From: a virus
Taxonomy: Duplodnaviria > Caudoviricetes
IMG/VR virus record: IMGVR_UViG_3300020450_000008
Direction: 5' to 3' (one strand)
Length of the DNA: 64,000 bases
In this document: piece by piece, positions 10,501 through 19,730 of the stretch
How positions within the stretch are numbered: position 1 is the first letter of the stretch
Layout of the letters: each line of letters starts with the position of its first letter
Position numbers and translations under genes: made by a program
The notes under the pieces: model-generated
The model's database searches: none
Told to the model about the DNA's origin: nothing
The model's input: only the letters and a program-made list of their open reading frames with translations

Positions 10501-11043
10501 GATGCTAATGGCAATAGTTTATCAATTGATTCAAATGCAGTACAAGTATTTGCAAATGGGCTTCTTCTTACTCGAAATGAAGACTTTGTTGACAGCACAA
10601 CAACTAATAGATTAACGCTGCTCGATTCAATCAACGCTGGTTCAGAAATTGTAATTAATAATTATGCGACTAGTTTTAGAGCAAAGCAGATTAGCACAGA
10701 AGTTGTTACTGAGATAGTTGATTCAGATTATGTTCAAGCGAGAGCATTAGGAGGTCAAACTTATAATGCTACTTCAAGTAATATAACATTAGCAAAAGCA
10801 AATGCATATATAGTAGATACATCATCGGCAAGAACACTAACTTTACCAGCAACTGCTACTTTAGGTGATGAGATAAAAATCATAGACGGGACAGGTCAAG
10901 CTAACACTAATAACATAACTATAAATAGAAACGGTCATAAGATACAAGGATTGACTGATAATCTAGTAATTAATATAAGTCGAGCCGCAACTGGTTTGGT
11001 TTATTATAATGCAGCTCAAGGCTGGATACTAACTGAAAATTAA
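4567..11043 (+). CDS. Very long tail-fibre protein (2158 aa), modular
   Basis: N-terminal MADKDFKVKRGL anchor motif; repeated DTTPQLGGNLDLN and Gly/Thr-rich fibre repeats; six GQTxF...LNG..L..D[FY] modules; C-terminal LTLP...GDEIKIID...NNITINRNG domain typical of T4-like long fibres. Confidence 0.8.
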   Translation: MADKDFKVKRGLEVQDNALVRGNIQVVSSTGVVSDLVDSNNNIVVVSNIRGPSTLVIDPAAHDSNSGTVRILGNLQVEGTTTTINSATVSLNDKNLVLADSAANAAAADGAGITINGANATLTYNAAGDKFVFNKPIETSALTGNITGTVSSIANHSTDDLSEGSSNLYYTDGRVATAIPTTVTSSYVQARADSDYIKTAADSDYIKTAITASYIQANQTPSDVVSDTTPQLGGNLDLNSKNITGTGNIDITGTSAVSGLNTLGGAQFTGNITPTTGAGVEIFAPNSSTGQVQAFNRGGAAFNKLIVKGDPVEIYDGSTKRIETTGSGVTVSGTLTATSFSGDGSNLTNLPTGGLLSNIVEDTTPQLGGNLDLNSKNITGTGKIQITGNIELPDNYEVRLGTGLDLTFAHYGGNSEIRNRTGELKILGDNIKIRNDANSEVYISAVNNGAVELYHNNIKKLETTSGGTTVTGTVTATAFSGDGSNLTGLNIVTDTSPQLGGDLASNGNNINIADGDFIKVGTGNDLEIYHQSNVSYLKSTNTAAPIRLQAPAGEIMANFAPNAGVEIYYDGTKKFETTSAGATVTGTLNADTFSLADNAKINVGAGNDLQIYHDGSHSRIEDVGTGYLIIKSSEVQIQSSNGEDMAKFEPDGAVRLYHDNIEKITTTSGGATVAGNIVVSGTVDGRDIATDGTKLDGIDVSATANPITGAQADRIITSGGGKALTAQADFQFDGTNLFIPAEMRHLGDPDTKLGFTTDTITLTAGGVAAQTITATSTTIAGNLIVNGTTTTINSSTLDVDDLNITVAKGAGSAAAANGAGLTVDGASATLLYQNTGDKWVFNKPLEATSFTGNVTSTSVNIDGGAIDGTNIGATTPGTGAFTTLTGNTIGGFSHLSAVGGGSTVEIVVTVASKTAAHRYNGSGSGLGYVLDGVQAPYLTLTPGRTYRFKQDDGSNSGHPFRFYYDAAKTTAYTTNVTTNLSAGQTGSYTQIVVDENTPAVLHYQCSAHGLMGNAARMGTRNFTGFTTDNVTEGSTNLYYTDARVQAVSINNVVEDTSPSLGGTLDANGNTIDMGTNVLSDTNLGQFITAYGWGNHASVGYLTGITGQSINQLSDVNTAGIATGNILKWNGSAFTAQADAGGLDSALITQLVDSAYVQSRQTSGGGGGGSLSIKDEGSALSSAATTLNFVGAGVVASGTGAEKTITISGGGSGITVQDEGSSLSTVGTTLNFVGSGVTASGTGSTKTITISGGGGGGGSGTVDSAATITLIQSTVDSAYVQARQTSGGGGGASGVDSAAVTALINNAYIQTRVDLVDSSEILNLVDSDYIQSRILGINASKITEFKYIADSGQTVFSGNDENGNPLAITASNHEVYLNGIRLLNADFATDASANSVTLAQGLDSADELVIVTQGSVTTNDRFVVGAGTQRFFYNTDSGQSLFFGNDKHGNSLTFDSGQIDVYLNGILLTNDDFHGNAVTNRLHLSSPADSGDDLAVIAYNATLAAEFTAGTGTLNTFKFTLSNAQTLVEGGDQKGNTLAYIPGNELVFLNGLLLQDSDDYARTSTTVITLTTGANPGDELVIQDYSSKFSGNTAGIINPEFKEFKYIADSGDATFSGADANGNTLSLTTANQEVFLNGIRLLASDYTANTSTNTITLNGFTAVDSDEIVISTLVGNVRFNGAQTVSQIVDSAYIAARTEAGTDSSTVLALIQNTVNGAYVQARQVDAVRDSAFITGLIDSAYINARVSTVDSAQVLGIVDSDYINLVTGIGQRDVDFGTNKILYSNNYANLAALPSASTYHGMFAHVHGQGKAYYAHAGNWVQLADKSETLDSYYTSALIDSAYVNSKFDGTVDPKFTDFLFTVDSGTTTITGLSDAGDSLSIGTNNFAVFLNGIKLQDIDFTDSSANNRITLNNPLDSADEILVQTVTSTRTSSLPAILGTVDSAYIQQRLTEMTPATSTFSTFRYVATEGQRLYTGNDANGNSLSIDSNAVQVFANGLLLTRNEDFVDSTTTNRLTLLDSINAGSEIVINNYATSFRAKQISTEVVTEIVDSDYVQARALGGQTYNATSSNITLAKANAYIVDTSSARTLTLPATATLGDEIKIIDGTGQANTNNITINRNGHKIQGLTDNLVINISRAATGLVYYNAAQGWILTEN

Positions 11044-11061
11044 TAAGAGAGGTAATTAATA

Positions 11062-11322
11062 ATGGCGGAAAATAATGAAAATGTAACACCTGTTACTACA
11101 CCAATCAATATCACTATAAATGATTTGATTGTCGTGAGAAGCGTGATAGATGCTGCTACTCGTGGAGGAGTTTTGACTGCACAAGATTTAAGTGTTGTAG
11201 GTACAGTGCATGATAAAATACACGGTGTTGTAGAAGATTTTTTAGCAAAACAAAAAGAAGCGGAAGCTGAAGGTCAAGTTGATGCTGCACCTAAAACAGA
11301 AACTGGAGAAGTAAAAAAGTAA
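11062..11322 (+). CDS. Small conserved phage hypothetical protein (paralog of 47058..47273)
   Basis: RBS gagagg; core VIDAATRGG...DLSVVG matches VIDTVTQRGG...ELSTIG of the 47058 ORF. Confidence 0.65.
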   Translation: MAENNENVTPVTTPINITINDLIVVRSVIDAATRGGVLTAQDLSVVGTVHDKIHGVVEDFLAKQKEAEAEGQVDAAPKTETGEVKK

Positions 11323-11323
11323 A

Positions 11324-14300
11324 ATGACAATATCTAAAGGAAGAGCTTTATCAGCAACAGTAAATAGTGCAACATCAATAATTAAATCGTCTATTGATGG
11401 TACTGCAACTATTGCAACTCTTGAGCAATCTGCTCAGCAGTACGCTAGTGCTGAAGCTCTTCCTAGTGTTGGTAATACTTTTGGAGAAATGGCACTTGTG
11501 CAGTCTACAAACAGAATGTATGTTTGGAATGGATCAGGCTGGTACAACGTAGCTTTAATCAATACGAATCCAACATTTACTACTTCACCAGATACAAATT
11601 ATACGTTTGATGGTGATTCTCCGAGAAGCAATATTACTATTGCTGTTGCAGCTTCTGACCCTGAAAGCTTAGGAGTATCATTTACTTTTGAGACTGGTGG
11701 TAGTATGGATTCTATGGCTAGTGTTACTCAAGACTCGAGTATCTTCACTTTAGTTCCTAAAGGAAATGATAGTCTGACTGAAGGTGCAAGTTTAACTGGA
11801 TCTTTAACAATTAAGGCAAGTGATGGAGTTAACATAGTTCCGGCAGTTTCTCAATTTACATTGACTTTTGTTTTAACAGTTGCAGGCTCTTCTGGAAATA
11901 GATTTTTATTAAAAGCTAACGGAACGGGCAATAATACAACGCCTACAGATGCATCTACAAGTAATCATTCATTGACAATGGCTGGTGCCACTGCATCACT
12001 AGGTACATTCAGTCCTTATCGTCATGGAGGATACAGCCATCTCTTTGATGGTAGTGGTGATTATTTAAGAGATGATACTATAGCAGATGCCTTTGATTCG
12101 AATGGACACTGCGATAACTTCACGATTGAGATGTGGGTATGGAACAATGATGCCACATCAGAATCTAATTACGTTATAGGCTCTAATGCAGTTTCAAATG
12201 GTGCAAATGATTTTCTTTTGGGTACTAGGAAAGTATATTGGAATGCAGCAGAGTTATCAGATTATGGTGATGAGCGTACTAATCAATACGAATGGTTTCA
12301 TCTAGTTTGTGTTCATGAACATGATCCTACTGGTCCTAATAATGAGACATTATCTGTTTGGATAAATGGAAGGCGAACAGGTAGACATACCGGTCTAGCT
12401 AGAATAAGTTTTGCTAATAATACTTGGGCTTTTGGTACAGAAGCGGATGCAGGAAGCTTTGGTTCTTTAGGTAACTATCACAATGGTTTCATACATGATG
12501 TAAAGATAACTAAAGCTGTACTGTATGGAGATACAGCAGTCATACCCGTACCAACAGAACCGAGCACACCACATGCAACCGCTAACATTTTTCATGGATT
12601 TCAAAAAGGATTCATAGATCCAAGATTTACTATAGGTGGAGACGTTTCTATTGACGAATGGACACCTCTTGATTATAGTGGATTAAAAGAAGAAAATGGT
12701 GGATCTGCTAGTTTTCCAGGAACATCTGATGAAATCAAAACTACAGATGGATCGACAAACACGATTGGTTTAGGAAGTGGTGATTTTACTGTAGAGTTTT
12801 GGATCTATAAAAATAATGCAACTTCTGCAACATGGGAAGCATTGATAAGTCAAAAGTATGGTTCCACCGGTGGTTGGAGAATATATAAATCTACTGGTAA
12901 TGGACGATTGAGATGGTATGCTGGTTCGACAGATACTTTGCTATCAAACTCTACTAATCCAATTAGACAAAATTGTTGGTGTCATGCGGCAATAGTAAGA
13001 TCCAGTGGAACATTGACTTGGTATATTAATGGAAAAAATTCAGGATCTACTTCGTCCCATACGTACAATTATACTGGCGGTGGAGCTGAGGTTGAAATAG
13101 GAAAAGGAACAGTCGGCTCAACTTATCCAACAGATGCACATTTTTCAGACGTAAGAATAGTAAATGGAACTGCTGTTTACACAGGAGATTTTACACCACC
13201 TAGTGGTCCCCTTACTACAACTGGTGGTACATATCCATCAACAACAAATGTTAATACATCAATTCCTTCAGGACACACTAAGCTGCTGTTAAACATGACT
13301 CAAGCAAAAATAGTTGATAAAAGTCAGAGTCGTAATATTCCACTTATAGGAAATGTTGCGGCTTCATCCGCACAGCAACATTATGGAGAAAACACATTGG
13401 CCTTTGATGGAAATGGCGATCGCATAAAAATTGAAAGAGTCATTCCGCTTGGAGATGACATTGATTGGACAATTGAAACTTGGGTTCGGTCACCAAGTGC
13501 TGATGGCTCAAGAGTAGATTTAATTAGTCAATACGAAGCGTCTCCTGCAGCTGGAAGAATGGGAATATATTTTCTTAATGGTAAACTTTCATATTTTCAA
13601 AGCAATCTTAGTCCTACTTCAGTGGCAGGTACTACCAATGTTGTTAATAATCAATGGCATCATGTTGCAGCTACTAATCATGAAGGAATTAGAAGAATTT
13701 ATTTAGACGGAAACTTTGAAGGATCTACCAGCGGTACTGGTCATATATTAGCCACTGATACTGTAATAGGAGATCTTGGAGATGGATTGAGTAATGGTGC
13801 TGAATTAAATGGATATCTGCATGATTTAAGAATCACTCAAGGTTTAGTTCGTTATCCTTACATTGCAAAGCCTAAAATATTATCTCAGACTAATTCTAAT
13901 ATGGAAAAACCAGGTGGAACATTTCCTACTGTTTCGAACGCAAGTAATACGTTATTTTTAATTGGACATACCAATTCAATAGTTGATGGAAGTTCTAATA
14001 GCACTTCGATTACAACCCATGGAAATACTCAGATGTCAGCAGGTCTTGTTCCAAACGGTGCCGAGGTTGGAATGAACTCTATTCATTTTGATGGAACTGG
14101 TGATTACTTATCAGCGACAACAGCTTCTGCTCTTGGAACTGGTGACTGGACTGTAGAGTATTGGGTATGGCATGATGAGTTTGGTTCGAATCAAATACAT
14201 TTAGCCTTTGGTGCTTATGAACCGGCCTTTTATTATAGGCATTCAAGTAGTACGTTTAAATTTTCATTTTATCAATCAGGCGCAGGTTTATCAGGCAACG

Positions 14301-14566
14301 TATGGACAACTTACGCTCCTACTCCTAACAAATGGTATCACCTAGCTTGGGTTCATGATGATTCAGAAAACAAATTAGCATTGTTTGTAAACGGAGCTTT
14401 CTGGGGTGATGTTACATATACAGGCAATACTACTTCTACTAGTTTGAGAGTTGGTGACGATACTACGAGTGCATGGATGGATGGAAATATATCAAACTTA
14501 AGAATTGTTAAAGAAAAACTCTATACCCATAACTTTACGCCTTCAACAAGCGCTATTGTTGCTTAG
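11324..14566 (+). CDS. Virion structural protein with multiple LamG/concanavalin-A-like lectin domains
   Basis: Repeated FTIEMW / FTVEFWIY / WTIETWV / WTVEYWV ... W.H.A ... G.I.D.RI motifs characteristic of LamG domains. Confidence 0.8.
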   Translation: MTISKGRALSATVNSATSIIKSSIDGTATIATLEQSAQQYASAEALPSVGNTFGEMALVQSTNRMYVWNGSGWYNVALINTNPTFTTSPDTNYTFDGDSPRSNITIAVAASDPESLGVSFTFETGGSMDSMASVTQDSSIFTLVPKGNDSLTEGASLTGSLTIKASDGVNIVPAVSQFTLTFVLTVAGSSGNRFLLKANGTGNNTTPTDASTSNHSLTMAGATASLGTFSPYRHGGYSHLFDGSGDYLRDDTIADAFDSNGHCDNFTIEMWVWNNDATSESNYVIGSNAVSNGANDFLLGTRKVYWNAAELSDYGDERTNQYEWFHLVCVHEHDPTGPNNETLSVWINGRRTGRHTGLARISFANNTWAFGTEADAGSFGSLGNYHNGFIHDVKITKAVLYGDTAVIPVPTEPSTPHATANIFHGFQKGFIDPRFTIGGDVSIDEWTPLDYSGLKEENGGSASFPGTSDEIKTTDGSTNTIGLGSGDFTVEFWIYKNNATSATWEALISQKYGSTGGWRIYKSTGNGRLRWYAGSTDTLLSNSTNPIRQNCWCHAAIVRSSGTLTWYINGKNSGSTSSHTYNYTGGGAEVEIGKGTVGSTYPTDAHFSDVRIVNGTAVYTGDFTPPSGPLTTTGGTYPSTTNVNTSIPSGHTKLLLNMTQAKIVDKSQSRNIPLIGNVAASSAQQHYGENTLAFDGNGDRIKIERVIPLGDDIDWTIETWVRSPSADGSRVDLISQYEASPAAGRMGIYFLNGKLSYFQSNLSPTSVAGTTNVVNNQWHHVAATNHEGIRRIYLDGNFEGSTSGTGHILATDTVIGDLGDGLSNGAELNGYLHDLRITQGLVRYPYIAKPKILSQTNSNMEKPGGTFPTVSNASNTLFLIGHTNSIVDGSSNSTSITTHGNTQMSAGLVPNGAEVGMNSIHFDGTGDYLSATTASALGTGDWTVEYWVWHDEFGSNQIHLAFGAYEPAFYYRHSSSTFKFSFYQSGAGLSGNVWTTYAPTPNKWYHLAWVHDDSENKLALFVNGAFWGDVTYTGNTTSTSLRVGDDTTSAWMDGNISNLRIVKEKLYTHNFTPSTSAIVA

Positions 14567-14582
14567 TTCTGCATATTTTCTA

Positions 14583-14590
14583 TATAAATA
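14583..14590 (+). promoter_or_regulatory. T4-type late promoter TATAAATA
   Basis: Exact consensus upstream of the neck gene. Confidence 0.85.
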
Positions 14591-14616
14591 GTAAAAAACT
14601 ATTTGTGGAATGAAAA

Positions 14617-15372
14617 ATGGCTACAGTAAATTCAAGAGATACATTATCTGAATATTCTTTAAGAAAGCTTGGAGCGCCTGTGATTGATATTAATGTCGAT
14701 CAAGATCAAATAGATGATCGTATAGACGAAGCATTACAAACATTTCAAGAATTTCATAGTGATGCTACTCATAGAACGTATCTTAAACATAAAGTTACAG
14801 AAACAGATTTGACAAACAATTATATTACTGTTCCAGATTCTGTTCATATTGTAACTAGATTATTACCTTTATCAAACGCAATCAATAGTTCAACTAACAT
14901 GTTTAGTGTTAAGTATCAAATGATGTTGAATGATATTGCAGACTTACAAAATTTTGCTGGTGATTTAGCATATTATAATCAAATGCAACAATATTTAACT
15001 TTGATTGATATGCAACTTAATGGAAAACCATTGGTACAATTTGCAAGACACCAACACAGATTACATATACTTGGAGACTTAAATGATGGTGATATTCAAA
15101 AAGATGATTTTATAATTGCTGAAGTGTATCAATTAATAGATCCTGAAGCCTTCACAAGTGTATACAATGATAGGTTTGTAAAAGCATACACAACAGCGTT
15201 GATAAAGCAGCAATGGGGTATGAATTTAATTAAGTTCGAAGGAATGCAACTTCCTGGTGGGGTTACTTTAAATGGAAGACAATTATATGATGATGCAACT
15301 CAAGAACTAGAAAGATTAAAAGAAGATCTAAGGTTAGAACACGAAATGCCTCCAGATTTTTTTGTGGGGTGA
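14617..15372 (+). CDS. gp13: Neck protein gp13
   Basis: LRKLGAPVIDINV, QWGMNLIKFEGMQLPGGVTLNG motifs; first gene of the gp13-14-15 block. Confidence 0.92.
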   Translation: MATVNSRDTLSEYSLRKLGAPVIDINVDQDQIDDRIDEALQTFQEFHSDATHRTYLKHKVTETDLTNNYITVPDSVHIVTRLLPLSNAINSSTNMFSVKYQMMLNDIADLQNFAGDLAYYNQMQQYLTLIDMQLNGKPLVQFARHQHRLHILGDLNDGDIQKDDFIIAEVYQLIDPEAFTSVYNDRFVKAYTTALIKQQWGMNLIKFEGMQLPGGVTLNGRQLYDDATQELERLKEDLRLEHEMPPDFFVG

Positions 15373-15375
15373 TCC

Positions 15376-16350
15376 ATGGCTACAAACCATTACTTCAGTC
15401 AAAAGGTTCGATCAGAGCAGCAACTCTATGAAGACATTGTTATAGAGTCACTGAAGATATATGGTCAAGATGTTTATTACCTTCCAAGAACATTAGTAAA
15501 CGAAGATAGACTTTTAGGCGAAGATATTCCTTCTAAGTTTGGAAATGCTTATAAGATTGAAATGTACATTGAAAACATTGAAGGATTTGACGGTGAAGGA
15601 GATATATTTACTAGGTTTGGCGTTGAAATAAGAGATGAAGCTACATTTGTTGTTTCACGAAGAAGATGGAATCATGTTTTTTCTCAGGTCGATCCTGATA
15701 TAGACATACAAAGACCTAAAGAAGGAGATATAATTTATTTAACTCTTTCTAATAAGATGTTTAAAATCATGCATGTAGAGCATGAGCAACCATTTTATCA
15801 ATTAAGTAATGTTCCAACTTTTAAAATGCGTTGTGAGCTCTTTTCTTATTCAGATGAAGACTTTGATACAGGAATTGAAGCTATTGATGGCGTTGAAGGA
15901 GAAGGTTATAAACTATCATTAAGATTAAATGTTGGCATAGACAGCCAAGTTCCAGATTTCTTTAAAGGTGAAATTGTTCATCAAAGAAGAGCTGATGGTG
16001 TAACTATGAGAGGTGAAATATTATCTTATAATAGAACAACAAATATTGTGGAGCTTGTACATATTGGACCAGATAGTGGTGGCTTTGGTGCTTTCCAAAT
16101 AAGTAAAACTGTACCTGATAGCAACTTCAATACTTGGTTAATAAATGATAGATTAGAAACTCCGTTCCAAGGAGTTAGTGGCGATTCAGATCCAAGAAGA
16201 CAAATACTTTCAATAGCTGAAAGTACAAATGAATTATTAATAGGAGCGCAAAATAGCGTATTTGATGCAGCTGATGGAAATAGTTTATTTGATTTTAATT
16301 TCTTAGACTTTACTGAGAGAAATCCATTTGGTGATGCGGAGGATAATTAA
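15376..16350 (+). CDS. gp14: Neck protein gp14
   Basis: ESLKIYGQDVYYLPR, GFDGEGD, C-terminal FDFTERNPFG-like motif; synteny. Confidence 0.92.
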   Translation: MATNHYFSQKVRSEQQLYEDIVIESLKIYGQDVYYLPRTLVNEDRLLGEDIPSKFGNAYKIEMYIENIEGFDGEGDIFTRFGVEIRDEATFVVSRRRWNHVFSQVDPDIDIQRPKEGDIIYLTLSNKMFKIMHVEHEQPFYQLSNVPTFKMRCELFSYSDEDFDTGIEAIDGVEGEGYKLSLRLNVGIDSQVPDFFKGEIVHQRRADGVTMRGEILSYNRTTNIVELVHIGPDSGGFGAFQISKTVPDSNFNTWLINDRLETPFQGVSGDSDPRRQILSIAESTNELLIGAQNSVFDAADGNSLFDFNFLDFTERNPFGDAEDN

Positions 16351-17210
16351 TGTTTGAATATTTTTATCATCAAAAAATTAGAAAAGCTGTTGCTATGTTT
16401 GGTACGATGTTTAATAATATTAATATTGTTAGACAAAATGCAAGTGGTGCAACAGTAAGTCAGATAAGAGTACCTCTTGCATATGCACCTAGAGAAAAAT
16501 ATTTAGCTAGAATACAATCTGATCCAGATCTTAGAAGAGATCAAAAAATAGCTCTTAAGCTTCCAAGACTTTCTTTTGAAATTACATCAATTCAATACGA
16601 TCCTAATAGAAAAGTACCTAAGCTTAATAAGTTTAGTGTGGCAAAAGCTGGACAAACAAATTCTGGATTAAGAGGCCAATTATATTCTCCAGTGCCTTAT
16701 ATTATTAGTTTTCAATTAAATGCTTTCACAAAAAATCAAGATGATGCATTACAAATAGTAGAACAAATTATTCCGTATTTTTCACCACAATATACTTTGA
16801 CAATAAAACCTTTTGAAGAATATCCAAGTATAAAAGAAGATGTTCCAATAACTATTCAAAGCGTAAACTTTCAAGATGATTTTGAAGGGCCTTTGGAACA
16901 AAGAAGAACTATCATTTATACACTTGATTTTACCATGAATATCAATTTTTATGGCCCAATAAGAGAGAATGCGCTTATAAATAGAGCTATAGCCAATGTT
17001 GAATTCCCAGGAGATTCTGCATCAGCACCGAATCAAATTGTTACACAAACAGTAGTAACACCGAATCCAGCTGATGCATCTCCTGATGAAACATTTGGTT
17101 TTGCTGTAGAGTTCTTGGATGACTTTACAGAAGATAAGACTGAGTTAGGTAAGTACGTAAAACCTGGTTATTTAACACCAAAGTATGTTGAAGATAAAAC
17201 AGTTAGTTAA
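16350..17210 (+). CDS. gp15: Tail sheath stabiliser / tail terminator gp15
   Basis: YFYHQKIRKAVAMFGTMFN, VPLAYAPREK, LPRLSFE, QIVEQIIPYF motifs; synteny. Confidence 0.92.
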   Translation: MFEYFYHQKIRKAVAMFGTMFNNINIVRQNASGATVSQIRVPLAYAPREKYLARIQSDPDLRRDQKIALKLPRLSFEITSIQYDPNRKVPKLNKFSVAKAGQTNSGLRGQLYSPVPYIISFQLNAFTKNQDDALQIVEQIIPYFSPQYTLTIKPFEEYPSIKEDVPITIQSVNFQDDFEGPLEQRRTIIYTLDFTMNINFYGPIRENALINRAIANVEFPGDSASAPNQIVTQTVVTPNPADASPDETFGFAVEFLDDFTEDKTELGKYVKPGYLTPKYVEDKTVS

Positions 17211-17223
17211 GGAGCAAGAATAG

Positions 17224-19728
17224 ATGGTAATTGTATTAAGAAGCAGTAAAGATAGTGCTTTATCTTTTGCGGAAATGGATGGGAATTTTACGGACCTGGA
17301 CACACGAATTAGTGCAATCGATTCAGCTCATATAAAACAAATTGCTGGAACTGATTCAGCAAACATGAGATTAGTTATTCAAGATCATGCTGATTCAACT
17401 TATGTCAAAGGATTTATAAGTCAATCTTATGTAAGAGATTTTATTGACTCGAATTATATAGCAAAATTTTCTTTGGATTCTGATGAGGTAATTAAATCAA
17501 TAGTTGATTCTGATTATGTACAGGCTAGACAAGGTGGACAGCCTTTATTTAATCATATCAGAGTAAAACATGATGCTAATATTCAGTCATTTATGGTAAC
17601 TATTGATACTAAAAATGCTGAACATAGATATAATGGTTCAGGTGCAGCTGATGGATATAAAATAGGTGGTATCTTTTCTCCACATATTCAATTAGTACCA
17701 GGTAGATCTTATAGGTTTGATCAGTCAGATACAACAAACACAGGACGTTTATTAAAATTTTATTATGAAGCTAATAAAACTACACCTTACACCACAGGTG
17801 TTACAGTAAACGGAACAGCAGGAAGTGCTGGAGCATACACTCAAATAGATGTTGGTGATAACACACCTAAAGTGTTACACTATATGGATTCATCAGCTAA
17901 CTTTGTAGGAAATCAAATAAGCACTGATACAAGAAACTTTACAGGTTTTACTACAGGAGATTTAGTTGAAGGTTCAAATCTTTACTATACGACAGCAAGA
18001 GTTGATACAAGAATTCAAACAATAGTTGATGCTAATTATATACAAGCAAGACAAAATTTTAGAGATTCTGAATTTGTTACAAGCATAGTTGATTCAGCTT
18101 ATGTTCTTGGAATACAAGACATGACTGATGTTAAGACTGATATTATTCCAAACGCTGATAGTGCTTTTGATCTAGGAAGTCCTACAAAAAGATTTAAAGA
18201 TTTACATTTAAGTGGAAGTACAATAAATCTTGGATCACTTAAATTAAAAGATAGTGGCGGATCCCTTTCACTAACAGATTCTACTGGTGATCTAAAACAA
18301 ATGAAGTTTAAAGATCAGTTTGATTCATCAACTACTGTTGGTGTAATAAATTCAACAGTTGATAACTCTTATGTTCAAGCACGACAAGATAAAAATTATG
18401 CATCGCTTGTTGGTGCACCCACAATACCAGATGCTCACAGAATACTTGCAGGAAATACTGACATATCAATTACCGATATTGGAACAGGAAAGATACAAGT
18501 TGTAACAGATGGTGTTAATCGATTTACTATTGAAGGAAATGATTTAAAACCTAATGCCAATAATGGAATCAATATAGGTGGTACTTCAAATAGAATTAAT
18601 GATATACAAACAACTGATATTGCGGCGACTGGAACAGCAACTCTTTCAGGTACGGTAAATTTTGGAGGAGCCACAATACAAGGATTAGATGTAGTTGATT
18701 CAGCTTCTATAGTTCAATTGATAGATTCAGCATACGTGCAGTCGAGAGAAACCGTTTATGGCAATGCTGAAGTAACTGCTTTAGTAGACGCCGCATATGT
18801 ACAGGCAAGACAATTAAACTTTGATGCACTGTTAGACTCATCTGAAGTAATACAACTTATTGACTCAAATTATGTTAGTGGTAGAGTTGATCGTGGACTT
18901 TTTGTAGATTCAGAAGAAGTAAAAGGATTTATTGACTCAGACTATATTCAATTACATCAAAAGCCAGAACAAGACACATTAACAACAATTACAGGAAGAG
19001 GCGCATCTACTTCAAATGCAATAACATTAACTGGTGGATTATCAGTTACAGGAATTCTTACAACAGATTCAATACAAAATGCTGGAATAGGATTTGGAAC
19101 ACTAACAAGTGGTAGTGACATTCAACTTAATGCTGTCGGAGATGTTAATGTACTTAGTAGTAAGATAACAAATGTTGGAGCTCCAGTGGCCAATACTGAT
19201 GCGGCTACAAAATTATATGTAGATAGTAATGCTGCTGTTCAAGGTGTAAATGATTTCTTTGTAGCAAAACTAGCGGCACAAACTACAACCACAACAACAG
19301 CCTCACCTCTTAATTTTGATAATACGCCACTCATGGACTATAGTCCTTCAATTGGTTATTCATTTTCAGGTACTAATGCTGTTGCAACTGATACTCCTGG
19401 ATACTATAAGATTGAAGGAGATGTGACTTGGTATAAAGCAGCGGGTGAAGGTGAGCTTAAAATAATAATTGAAAAAGGATCAGGCGGTAGTTTTTCTGAA
19501 ATTCCGGGAGCAAGAGCTGTCATATTCCTTCCAAATGGTGCTGGACATGGATCAAGTCATGTTCAAGGTATGGTTCAAATGGCGGCAAATGATGCCGTTA
19601 GATTAGTAGTTGATCAAGTAAGTTATGGATCAACATCTAATACTGGAAACTATGTATCATCTAATACAATATCTGGTTCAGCCAGTTTTCCAGGAGCCAC
19701 TACATTTACGATAATGAAAGTTGGATAA
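17224..19728 (+). CDS. Fibre-like virion structural protein with DS-rich stalk and C-terminal beta-sandwich (C1q-like) domain
   Basis: N-terminal LRSSKDSALSFAEMDGNF anchor motif; shares a domain with the 4567 protein; C-terminal YYKIEG.V.W ... MAANDAVRL pattern. Confidence 0.7.
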   Translation: MVIVLRSSKDSALSFAEMDGNFTDLDTRISAIDSAHIKQIAGTDSANMRLVIQDHADSTYVKGFISQSYVRDFIDSNYIAKFSLDSDEVIKSIVDSDYVQARQGGQPLFNHIRVKHDANIQSFMVTIDTKNAEHRYNGSGAADGYKIGGIFSPHIQLVPGRSYRFDQSDTTNTGRLLKFYYEANKTTPYTTGVTVNGTAGSAGAYTQIDVGDNTPKVLHYMDSSANFVGNQISTDTRNFTGFTTGDLVEGSNLYYTTARVDTRIQTIVDANYIQARQNFRDSEFVTSIVDSAYVLGIQDMTDVKTDIIPNADSAFDLGSPTKRFKDLHLSGSTINLGSLKLKDSGGSLSLTDSTGDLKQMKFKDQFDSSTTVGVINSTVDNSYVQARQDKNYASLVGAPTIPDAHRILAGNTDISITDIGTGKIQVVTDGVNRFTIEGNDLKPNANNGINIGGTSNRINDIQTTDIAATGTATLSGTVNFGGATIQGLDVVDSASIVQLIDSAYVQSRETVYGNAEVTALVDAAYVQARQLNFDALLDSSEVIQLIDSNYVSGRVDRGLFVDSEEVKGFIDSDYIQLHQKPEQDTLTTITGRGASTSNAITLTGGLSVTGILTTDSIQNAGIGFGTLTSGSDIQLNAVGDVNVLSSKITNVGAPVANTDAATKLYVDSNAAVQGVNDFFVAKLAAQTTTTTTASPLNFDNTPLMDYSPSIGYSFSGTNAVATDTPGYYKIEGDVTWYKAAGEGELKIIIEKGSGGSFSEIPGARAVIFLPNGAGHGSSHVQGMVQMAANDAVRLVVDQVSYGSTSNTGNYVSSNTISGSASFPGATTFTIMKVG

Positions 19729-19730
19729 TA

